Positions 11,129 to 19,846 of a DNA stretch of 64,000 bases are shown here, in pieces. Source of the stretch: a virus (taxonomy: Duplodnaviria; Caudoviricetes). The notes below the pieces were generated by a model. The model had not been told where the DNA came from and did not search any database. It saw only the letters and a list, made by a program, of their open reading frames with translations. Positions within the stretch are counted from its first letter, which is position 1. Each line of letters opens with the position of its first letter. The translations under genes were made by a program, and so were the position numbers. Location: positions 96,001 to 160,000 of IMG/VR virus record IMGVR_UViG_3300029288_000072; one strand, 5' to 3'.

Positions 11129-14100
11129 TTATGGAACCACCTCTATAATTATATCACCTAATATCGGAAATTCAAATTTATTTAGATTTATATTTAATGT
11201 AAATACCCATGTACGTTCATTTGTTTCTGTATTTGTCACATCAAATAATGGTTCTACTATTGTTAGTAGAGAAGGATCTTTGGCCAACAATTCTAAAATT
11301 TTTGCACGTTTAACATCTTGAACAGTTTTTGTACTCGTTGCAACAGCATCTATATCATAATCAGTTTCTTTTAATACATCGCCAACATCTTTGTGCATTG
11401 CGACTTCGACATAATCAATTCCGGTCAATACAGAAATATCTGTTAATAAATCAGAATGTTTTATTTCTTCTCCCATTTCATGATTGTTTTCATCAAAGAA
11501 ATTATTAATTATTGTACGAATAGACGCATCAATTGATTCACGGGAAGAATATGATAATGGTTTATATCTTACACGAACATCAATAGGTACTTTTGTTGCA
11601 CTAAAAACTTTATGTTCCACGGTAAGCATAGTTGTTATATTTGAATTTAAAGACTCTGTTATCAAATCCATAACATCTTTTGATAATGATTCCGTATTTC
11701 TTGGTAATGCGATTACAAATATTGTATTAAACCAATATTGTTCTATATCATCCTCTGGCAAAAATCCAGATTCTTTTAACTCATCATATGATAGAACTTC
11801 TGCCTTTATTATATAATCATTAAATGCTTGTTCAATAAATCCTTTATAGTCTCCAAGAGATACTAATCTATTTTGTCTTAGATTTGAAGTAGATGCATTT
11901 CTTCTTAATTCTTCTACTGTTTCAGGAAATGCTCCTCCTATTGCAGAAGTAGGTTGTTTAATTGTTAATTCTTCACTAGTTAGTCGTGTACCATCTGCAT
12001 CATATAATGCTGTTGGATCTGTTCGTTCGTTAGCAGCAACATATGATGATTTTCTTTTCAATCCGAGCAATTGTATAAATTGTGCTTCAAATTGTAAAGT
12101 TATATTATCATCACCTAATATTTGTTTTGATAATGTCAATGATTCTGATAATGTATTAGGTGGTATATTTCCATATTGACCTACAGTTTCAAGCCCAAAT
12201 ATATAAATTTCGTTTCCATATGGGTTTGTACCAAAAGATTCTCCATCACCAAAAGATATTTCTATTTTTTGATACTCATTTACTCTAATAAAAAATACTT
12301 TACTTCCGACATCTATTTCTGTACTTGAAATTAATGCAGATCCTTCTGACCACTCTTCCCAATCACCTGCAGTATTTTTAACAAATACCCTAATATCACT
12401 ATATGATATATTTTCTTGATCACAATATAATTTTATTTCTTGGAATGATGTTCTATCTGCTGTATATTTTAAATTTAAAAAATTATTTTCTTCATTTATT
12501 GCTCCATTACTATTAATAAATGAGAATAATATATTACCTTGTTTTAAATTTCTTATTTTAAATGTTTCTGGAATATTTACAAATCTTAATCCTGGTAGTG
12601 TTCCATTACTACTAACTTGTCCTAAGAAATTTACCATTCCATGTTTTTGATATCTATATTCTGTTGAATAGTCTGCAAACCAATCAATTGTTACTTGTCC
12701 TTCTACAGAATCTTCAATATTAATAGTAAATCCAGATGATGTTTTATTTGTATAGTATACATTAACATTTTTATTCGCTATCATATGCAATCCATAACTA
12801 TCATCAGGAAATACAACATCAAATACTATATCTTTTGTTTTATTTTCATCTGATAAAATTGCTGTTCCTCGTTTTAATGTAGCAGCATTTTGTTCAGAAA
12901 TAACATTTTCGTCTGTGCTATCAAAAACAAAGGTTGACCATGTTACGGTTCCATTAAATGATTTTTCTACATTTATTTTAAATCCCTCTGATGTTTTTTC
13001 TGATGCCCATACTTGAACATTATCAGATGGTGTTAAAAATATTGTATAATCAACATCTTCTCCATCAATTTGTGGGATTGCTTCATCGAAAGAAACATTT
13101 ATTTCTCTTGTTAATGTTGTATCGAATTGTGTTGCTAACCAATATACTTTTCCATCAAATCCAGAATTTGGTTCGACATTTATTATAAATCCATCTTCTG
13201 TTTTGCTAGATACCCATACCTGAACATTGTCGGATGGCGTTAATGATACAACATAATCATCTGGATTTGTTGTAGTAGTATCAGAAAATTTATCAGAGAA
13301 TGTTACATAAACTTTTTCTACACCACTTGCAACTTCAACATATCCTGTTTTTTGTTCTGCTGTATTAAGTTCAATACTTGGAACAGCCTGGAAATCACCA
13401 AATCTATTTCCGGTTGAACGAATAATTGTACTTGTTGATGTTGACGAATCTACATATGACGGATAAATTCTTGCTATAGTTGCTTGATTTGTTCCGGGTT
13501 CATCTGCCGTAACAATTAATTCAGCATTATAATTTAATTGAGATTTTGTTGGACTTACTATACTTAAATTTACATTATAATATTCCGCATTAATATCCCA
13601 ATTATTTCTATTGAAAATTTGTGAGCTTATTCTTCCAGACTCAAACGTGTAAATTGCTCCATCAACTAATATCTGTAATGGTGGTTTATCACCACTCTTA
13701 TTAATATCTAAATGTATTTGTTTTATGCTGTTTGATGTGCCTTCTATAATGTCATATTCAAATGAAACAGAATCTAAATTTGATGCACCAAGTACACCAA
13801 TATAAAATCTGCGCTTAGAATTGTTTTGAACTTCTTTTAAAGTATAATATCCATCAATAGAAGAGGATGGTTCTAAAATTATAGAGGTAATTATATCATC
13901 TCGTCTTTCTTCTAATTGTTCTCCCTCTTCTATAATTGATAAGAAAGGAGCACCTTCAAGTTCATTATAATTCCATATTATATAATATATTGTATTAATA
14001 CTTAATGAAAATGCTGGATCGTTTACATTTATGTTTCTTGTAAATGGCTGTCCTATAGAATTTGAATTGTTTGGGTCAAATAATGGAGCATTATCAGTAT

Positions 14101-14794
14101 CATATCCCCTATAATTATTAGGATCTAATCTATCTAATATAGATAATGGTGCAGTATCAGAACATACCAACTCAATATTTGATGCCAAAAACAATATTGG
14201 TGTTCCAGAAGTTCCTGTTGTTCCAGTAGTACCAGTTGTACCAACGCCAGTCGTTCCTTCTGTTATTCCCCAAAAACTTGCGGGTTTAGTTAATGGTAAT
14301 TGTGATCCACTATAGATAAAATCTGATTGTTCAACAGAATGTATTCCAAATCCTTTTACAATATATGGATATAATGTAGGATTTGTAAAAGCAAAATTTT
14401 GTCCTTCCGGTGTCTTTTTTATAGATGGAAAAATTGAATATGATGGTATTTCAAATCCAATATCTTCTTTTCCTAAACAATATTCGGCAGATAATGATCC
14501 AATAGCATCTACTGTTGCTGCTTTATCTCCGCGTGGATAATATGCTAATAAACTACATATTCTATTTAAATTTTTATAACGCTTTGCTGATGGTAAAAAT
14601 ACTTCATTTGCAACAGAATTAGTATAATAACCAAATAATGATCCTAAATATGCATATAATCCGACAAGTGTATTAATATTTGATGCTTGAAATTCTGCAT
14701 CTTTAAACGTTTGTGTTTCTCTTAAATATTCAATTAATTCATTTTTAAGAACATCAAAGTCATATGCTGTATAATCAATAGTTATTGCACCCAT
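11129..14794 (-). CDS. gp6: Baseplate wedge subunit (T4 gp6/baseplate J-like) with large insertions
   Basis: N-terminal DYTAYDFDVLKNELIEYL..F.D..F..SNI. Also ISFGDG..G..P and GGAFPETVEELR..QNRLVSLGDY. Adjacent to gp25. Confidence 0.88.
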   Translation of the reverse strand: MGAITIDYTAYDFDVLKNELIEYLRETQTFKDAEFQASNINTLVGLYAYLGSLFGYYTNSVANEVFLPSAKRYKNLNRICSLLAYYPRGDKAATVDAIGSLSAEYCLGKEDIGFEIPSYSIFPSIKKTPEGQNFAFTNPTLYPYIVKGFGIHSVEQSDFIYSGSQLPLTKPASFWGITEGTTGVGTTGTTGTTGTSGTPILFLASNIELVCSDTAPLSILDRLDPNNYRGYDTDNAPLFDPNNSNSIGQPFTRNINVNDPAFSLSINTIYYIIWNYNELEGAPFLSIIEEGEQLEERRDDIITSIILEPSSSIDGYYTLKEVQNNSKRRFYIGVLGASNLDSVSFEYDIIEGTSNSIKQIHLDINKSGDKPPLQILVDGAIYTFESGRISSQIFNRNNWDINAEYYNVNLSIVSPTKSQLNYNAELIVTADEPGTNQATIARIYPSYVDSSTSTSTIIRSTGNRFGDFQAVPSIELNTAEQKTGYVEVASGVEKVYVTFSDKFSDTTTTNPDDYVVSLTPSDNVQVWVSSKTEDGFIINVEPNSGFDGKVYWLATQFDTTLTREINVSFDEAIPQIDGEDVDYTIFLTPSDNVQVWASEKTSEGFKINVEKSFNGTVTWSTFVFDSTDENVISEQNAATLKRGTAILSDENKTKDIVFDVVFPDDSYGLHMIANKNVNVYYTNKTSSGFTINIEDSVEGQVTIDWFADYSTEYRYQKHGMVNFLGQVSSNGTLPGLRFVNIPETFKIRNLKQGNILFSFINSNGAINEENNFLNLKYTADRTSFQEIKLYCDQENISYSDIRVFVKNTAGDWEEWSEGSALISSTEIDVGSKVFFIRVNEYQKIEISFGDGESFGTNPYGNEIYIFGLETVGQYGNIPPNTLSESLTLSKQILGDDNITLQFEAQFIQLLGLKRKSSYVAANERTDPTALYDADGTRLTSEELTIKQPTSAIGGAFPETVEELRRNASTSNLRQNRLVSLGDYKGFIEQAFNDYIIKAEVLSYDELKESGFLPEDDIEQYWFNTIFVIALPRNTESLSKDVMDLITESLNSNITTMLTVEHKVFSATKVPIDVRVRYKPLSYSSRESIDASIRTIINNFFDENNHEMGEEIKHSDLLTDISVLTGIDYVEVAMHKDVGDVLKETDYDIDAVATSTKTVQDVKRAKILELLAKDPSLLTIVEPLFDVTNTETNERTWVFTLNINLNKFEFPILGDIIIEVVP

Positions 14795-14807
14795 TTAAAT
14801 CTCCATC

Positions 14808-15194
14808 TCACAAGCGTTCTATAGAAAATAGTACAGTTTCGGGTTTACTTGCATTAATTATTTGATATGTTAATTCTACTTCGTATGAATTATATTGTTG
14901 GTTCATAATAACATTTATATCTAAAATAACAATTCTCTTCTCATAATTTGTTATGCTTTCTCTTAATTCTTCACCAATACGTTTTGCGGTTGAAATGTCA
15001 AAAGGTTCAAATAAAAATCCTCTAATTCTACAACCATAATTGCTCAGAAATACCCTAGATCCTTTTGCCGTTTCTATTATCATTTGCAAACTTTGTTTAA
15101 TTGATTCTTCATTATCGACTGTAGATATATCTCCGGTCGATGTTATTGATATATCAAGGGGTAAATCTCTAAAAAATATTTCTTTATTTGCCAT
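14808..15194 (-). CDS. gp25: Baseplate wedge subunit gp25/GPW-like (start refined to ATG 15194)
   Basis: ESIKQSLQMIIETAKGSRVFLSNYGCRIRGFLFEP..ITNYEKRI is the GPW/gp25 signature. GAGG SD lies upstream of 15194. Confidence 0.92.
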   Translation of the reverse strand: MANKEIFFRDLPLDISITSTGDISTVDNEESIKQSLQMIIETAKGSRVFLSNYGCRIRGFLFEPFDISTAKRIGEELRESITNYEKRIVILDINVIMNQQYNSYEVELTYQIINASKPETVLFSIERL

Positions 15195-15210
15195 GAATGA
15201 CCTCACAGCA

Positions 15211-15218
15211 TATTTATA
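15211..15218 (-). promoter_or_regulatory. T4-type late promoter (TATAAATA) upstream of gp25
   Basis: Exact TATAAATA on the minus strand in the short intergenic gap before a structural gene. Confidence 0.7.
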
Positions 15219-15238
15219 TTTTTTTATATTTTAATTAA

Positions 15239-16870
15239 TTATTTTTCTTTGTTTTCAACAGTTTCTTGTTTGGCTATGCTTGCGGCTTGCGCTTGTGATG
15301 GGGTAGATGGAGAATTTGCTCCTGCACCCGTTCCGCTTCCTTGTCCGGTAGAAACTATTAATCCATGGGCAATTACAGGAGAACCTATGTCAGCAATCCC
15401 TCTATTTCTTAGATATCCACCACAATCTATTCCTGTTTGAACATACATATTTTGTCTAATTCTTGCTGTTCCCCCAATATCACAGTTTCCTCCTATAATA
15501 TTATTTCCACCAATATGAAGATTTCCACTTATTTTTACTTCGGCTGCATTTATATCCATATTATTAGTAGTTAATTTTGTATCACCATTAATTAATATGT
15601 CAGCATTTTGTGCATTAATCTTTGCATCTTTTTCTATTAATATATCACTATTTCCTTTAACCGTGGCTTTTAAATCTTTATCAATTAATAAATTTGCGCT
15701 TCCTTCAATATGGGCATTTAAATTATTTTTAATTCTTGCGTCTACATAACCATTTTGTACATCTATATTTAAATTTCCTTTTTCTAATATTATATCACAA
15801 TCACCAGTACGCGATACTATTCCAACACTCTTTCTGGCATCTATCTGTACATGTTCATCACATTGTATATGTGTTCTACCCTTTATATACATGTCATAAT
15901 TACCAAATACATGCAAAATATGGTTTCCTTCGACACCAATTTCATAATTTGTATTAACATCAGGATCTTTAATCAACGGATTTACAGGATTTTTACTGTT
16001 TTCCGGTTCATTATGATTTCTTTTTCCGATATAAACCTTTCTATTTCCTTCGTCATCAGTATTTTCCATGTAATTTTTATGTATTATAAATATTTGTTCT
16101 TTTCCGGAACTATTATCAACAATAATAGATGTACCATTTAAACTTGTTAAACATGATACATCTCTATTTGGTGTATCTACGTCAATAGGCTTAATTGATA
16201 ATTTTGGTTTTTCTACCAACGCATCAACTTTAGCGTTTTTTGCCCAATCATCACCGATTGCTTCTTTTCTTGGTTCAAATTGTTGTTTAAATCCATCAAT
16301 CTGATTTATTTTTTGATTTATTTCACCAGATCTAAATGATTTTTGGGTGTTCCAATCTGTTCCGCTGGGTGCCATTGCGAAATAAATTGGTTTCATATGA
16401 TTACCGTTTTCAAAGAATAAAAATACCCAATTTCCTCTCTTTGGTACTGTAAAAAATCCACCAGTTCCGCATACATTACCGAAATTATCATAAAATTCGG
16501 TTTGCGTTTTGGTTTTTCCAGAATTTGAGTCTGTTCCTTTATCAAAAATTGAATTTGCAGAAGGAAGTGTTTGTGTTTCTGGACTATCACCAGGAGGACT
16601 TGGATTATATCTTATATCATTTTGATCAGGAGTTTTACCAGAATGATCTTTATTTAAAATATTTCCACCACCAGACCAATATAACCCTAATGCGGGTTCT
16701 GCCCATGGTAGAGAATCTACTGGCAATTCTTTTCCATCTTCTGTATGTAATTGCCATATTCTGACTCTAACTCTTCCAGAATCAAGAGGATCCGAATTAT
16801 CTTCCACAATTCCACGAAATATTCCAGTGAAGTTATAATTAATTTTATTAAAATTATTTAATTCTACCAT
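15239..16870 (-). CDS. gp5: Baseplate hub/puncturing spike (T4 gp5/VgrG-like): OB-fold plus beta-helix, no lysozyme domain
   Basis: FRGIVEDNSDPLDSGRVRVRIW.LH..LPWA and VPKRGNWVFLFFENG..PIY form the gp5 OB-fold. The C-terminus has repetitive xIxGN beta-helix strands. Confidence 0.9.
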   Translation of the reverse strand: MVELNNFNKINYNFTGIFRGIVEDNSDPLDSGRVRVRIWQLHTEDGKELPVDSLPWAEPALGLYWSGGGNILNKDHSGKTPDQNDIRYNPSPPGDSPETQTLPSANSIFDKGTDSNSGKTKTQTEFYDNFGNVCGTGGFFTVPKRGNWVFLFFENGNHMKPIYFAMAPSGTDWNTQKSFRSGEINQKINQIDGFKQQFEPRKEAIGDDWAKNAKVDALVEKPKLSIKPIDVDTPNRDVSCLTSLNGTSIIVDNSSGKEQIFIIHKNYMENTDDEGNRKVYIGKRNHNEPENSKNPVNPLIKDPDVNTNYEIGVEGNHILHVFGNYDMYIKGRTHIQCDEHVQIDARKSVGIVSRTGDCDIILEKGNLNIDVQNGYVDARIKNNLNAHIEGSANLLIDKDLKATVKGNSDILIEKDAKINAQNADILINGDTKLTTNNMDINAAEVKISGNLHIGGNNIIGGNCDIGGTARIRQNMYVQTGIDCGGYLRNRGIADIGSPVIAHGLIVSTGQGSGTGAGANSPSTPSQAQAASIAKQETVENKEK

Positions 16871-16871
16871 A

Positions 16872-17495
16872 TTATTCTATCCGCATTTTATTAAAGGCAT
16901 CAAATATATATATCTTTTTATTTTGTATTGTTTTAGATTTATTGCAAATTAGTTCTAAATTAGTCAATAAAGAATTACAACATTTAATAATTTCACTTGG
17001 GCACAAATATGGTTTTCTTTCAATTCTATTTAATCGTATAGTTCCTACTAATGCAATATTGGACAATCTTTCTTTATATTCGTTTCGTGTATTTTCTGTC
17101 TTAGAATTTTTAAATTTTCTATATATTTTAATTAATTCTTTAATAGTATAAGGAAGTTTACATGATTCGTCCCAACACCAATCATAATATATTTTAAATA
17201 TATCTGTCGCAATAGAATCATTTAAACATATAGAATCAATATCCACTTCAAATGTTGTCTCTTTTGTACCATCTTTTAATTCTACATGTTCAAATTCTGG
17301 TTTATCTTGAAACCACCATTTTATATCTTTTTTAGATGGTAAATTATTAATACTATATTTTTCTATGAGACGACATTTCTCAATATATTCTTCTACAAAC
17401 CCGTCGATTTTCTTTTCAAGATCTTTTTTATTAATATGTTGTTTTAATCTTGTTAAAAGAAGTCTACGAATTTTCTCTTTATCGTTACTTGCCAT
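16872..17495 (-). CDS. Hypothetical protein (207 aa) directly upstream of gp5
   Basis: Long ORF with a GGGG SD, abutting gp5. Confidence 0.7.
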   Translation of the reverse strand: MASNDKEKIRRLLLTRLKQHINKKDLEKKIDGFVEEYIEKCRLIEKYSINNLPSKKDIKWWFQDKPEFEHVELKDGTKETTFEVDIDSICLNDSIATDIFKIYYDWCWDESCKLPYTIKELIKIYRKFKNSKTENTRNEYKERLSNIALVGTIRLNRIERKPYLCPSEIIKCCNSLLTNLELICNKSKTIQNKKIYIFDAFNKMRIE

Positions 17496-17503
17496 AAAAC
17501 ATG

Positions 17504-17534
17504 ATCCCCATTGTATTTATTATACAACGGGGAT
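17504..17534 (-). promoter_or_regulatory. 13-bp hairpin covering the SD of the 207-aa gene, with promoter-like TATAAT/AATAAATA at the loop
   Basis: Minus strand ATCCCCGTTGTAT-AATAA-ATACAATGGGGAT, 8 nt before the ATG. Confidence 0.55.
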
Positions 17535-17567
17535 TAAAATTATAAATTTTAAATATTTAAAAATTAA

Positions 17568-18539
17568 TTATTTAATAGCATTAAGAGTGTGTAACATTAT
17601 ATAATAATTTTTTATTCTTTGGTAATCCATTATTACGGAATCAATCTCTATAGGAATAGGTTCTTCTGATGAATCTAAATTAAATTCTAAAATAGTATCA
17701 ACATTATAAATTGATTTTAAAATCTTTAGATGGTCTACAATTAATATTGCTCCTGATATTATTCTAGAAATAGTTATCGAATTTCCTTCTACATCGTTGG
17801 ATGATTTATTTCCGATGGAAATACTATCAAGATTAATTCCCTTAAATTGATCATGTTTTATATTTTCTCTCAAAGAGAATATATTTTTTTCTAAAATTGG
17901 CATTAAATTAACATACCCCATCATCATATCATAATCACCAGATATTAAACTTATTCCAAATTTATTGTCTGGTTTTTTATATGCAATTATGTATCGTAAA
18001 ATATCAACTGCGTTGTCACCTACATCGGTAACGATTCCCCTACTCATCACATAATCTATATCATTTTTATCCGTATATTGTGTCGGTATAACATTTTCAA
18101 AAATTTTACGAGGATTTGAAGAAAACTTAAATCTTCCTGCTAATGCCGCACATATATTACCATTCGTATATTTTGCGAATAATTGATGCGTAGAATATAT
18201 TCCTAATTTTTGAAATTGCGCTTCTGAACGATGGTCTCCCCCAAACTTCTTTGGATATGTAAGTTTTATACAAGAACTAGGAGAAATACATACAGGAATA
18301 AATATTTCATTTGCGACTATTGTATTATCTATAGTTGGTTGTTTTTCTTTTCTCTCATTATATGCTTTCATTAATGAAGGATATAATATTAATGAATGAT
18401 TTATATATTCTAAACATGATGGAGAATTTGACTTTTCTGTTCCTATATTATTATTTGTATTAATATTGATCATTGTTAGATCAATATTATCAATCTCTGC
18501 ACCGAAAAATAATTTCAATTCTTTTTTTGATGAACTCAT
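17568..18539 (-). CDS. Hypothetical protein (323 aa), coupled to the AAA ATPase gene
   Basis: Long ORF with an ATGA overlap with the upstream ATPase gene. Confidence 0.75.
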   Translation of the reverse strand: MSSSKKELKLFFGAEIDNIDLTMININTNNNIGTEKSNSPSCLEYINHSLILYPSLMKAYNERKEKQPTIDNTIVANEIFIPVCISPSSCIKLTYPKKFGGDHRSEAQFQKLGIYSTHQLFAKYTNGNICAALAGRFKFSSNPRKIFENVIPTQYTDKNDIDYVMSRGIVTDVGDNAVDILRYIIAYKKPDNKFGISLISGDYDMMMGYVNLMPILEKNIFSLRENIKHDQFKGINLDSISIGNKSSNDVEGNSITISRIISGAILIVDHLKILKSIYNVDTILEFNLDSSEEPIPIEIDSVIMDYQRIKNYYIMLHTLNAIK

Positions 18540-19783
18540 GATATGTTACCCAAAATCCTTTCATTTTGTTTATATTCTTTAATTGAATCTAATGCATCTA
18601 AAATATTAGATTCAAGTATTTTTACTAGAAGATTTGGTTTGTTGAATGTTATTATCTTTGACAATAATGATACAATTGAATCTTTTTGAACTACAGGAAT
18701 TGAAAAGAATTTTAATAACCAATCTATATTATCAATTCCATCTTTATATTTATTATTCAACCATCCAACAATCTGATCTTGTGCTCCTTCAAAAATATCA
18801 TTTTTAACTTCTTCTTTTCCTTTAACTATAGTAGTTATAGTTTTCTTTATTATTTCTTCGTTTTCATCAAAATTCATAAGTGTAAATAAATCTAACGCTT
18901 CTAGACGTTCTGTATATTGTGATAACCAATCATCGCGGAAATTTGATCCTAAATATATTCCTAAAATAATACATGCTCGTTCTTTAATCCATTTTGCATC
19001 TTTTTTATCTATATGTGACATTACATTTATTATACTTCTACGCGATGGTTCTACTTCAAATGGCATAGAAAATTGTTTAATTTCAATATATGATGTATTT
19101 TTATGTAGAACCTTCATAGTTGTTCTACCAATCTTATTTTTTGCAAATGCCAAAAATTCATCTGTAGATGGTTCAAGAATAAGGTGTCCGCATCTATCTC
19201 TCAATGCATCATCTGCTTCAAATGAATCATTTACGTTATAATTTCCTGTTGTTGGATTGCATGCCGCAACTACGAAATCGTCTTGTCCAATTTTATGTGT
19301 ATGAATTTTTCCTTCAATTAAAAATGGTAACATTGCGGCAAGAACGAATTGGTTCCCTCGGTTAAATTCGTCAAGAAAATAACATGTCTTAATACCATCA
19401 TTCTTTAACCATTCTGGTTTAGCCCAAATTGTTTTACTTTGTGTTGTTGCACCATCTTTAAAATACGCAGTAATATATTCTTTTTCGTCATGATCTAATG
19501 ATTTTCCAGAAATTGCTTTTGAAAACAAAGAATAAACTTTTTCAGAATCACAATCTCCAGGAACAACTTTCATCATACCAATTAAATCAACAACATCTTG
19601 TGTTGCTAAATGTAATACTACACATCTATATCCACGTTTATCACACCATTGATAAACACCTTGTGTTTTACCAACTGCTTTTATACCCCATACACAAAAT
19701 GGTACTTTTGATTCAGCAGAAAAATCTAATGCATAGTGAAATTGATGCATATCGACTATTTGAACATGTTTTGATTCGCCCAT
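18536..19783 (-). CDS. MoxR/AAA_5-type AAA+ ATPase
   Basis: Walker A GIKAVGKT, DLIGM, Walker B YFLDEFNRG, VVAACNP and DALRDRC. Confidence 0.88.
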   Translation of the reverse strand: MGESKHVQIVDMHQFHYALDFSAESKVPFCVWGIKAVGKTQGVYQWCDKRGYRCVVLHLATQDVVDLIGMMKVVPGDCDSEKVYSLFSKAISGKSLDHDEKEYITAYFKDGATTQSKTIWAKPEWLKNDGIKTCYFLDEFNRGNQFVLAAMLPFLIEGKIHTHKIGQDDFVVAACNPTTGNYNVNDSFEADDALRDRCGHLILEPSTDEFLAFAKNKIGRTTMKVLHKNTSYIEIKQFSMPFEVEPSRRSIINVMSHIDKKDAKWIKERACIILGIYLGSNFRDDWLSQYTERLEALDLFTLMNFDENEEIIKKTITTIVKGKEEVKNDIFEGAQDQIVGWLNNKYKDGIDNIDWLLKFFSIPVVQKDSIVSLLSKIITFNKPNLLVKILESNILDALDSIKEYKQNERILGNIS

Positions 19784-19812
19784 TTAAATCATATTCCTTT
19801 CTTTCTTTAAAA

Positions 19813-19840
19813 AGTATACAGTATTAATATAAGAAGTCAA
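19813..19840 (-). promoter_or_regulatory. sigma70-like promoter TTGACT-16-TATACT
   Basis: Intergenic, upstream of the AAA ATPase gene. Confidence 0.6.
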
Positions 19841-19846
19841 ATAATT

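Noticed and set aside
11129-16870. gp25/VgrG/baseplate-J cluster as a bacterial T6SS or eCIS/tailocin
   Set aside because: The same contig carries T4-like primase, gp52, RegA and late promoters, and no T6SS membrane-complex genes.
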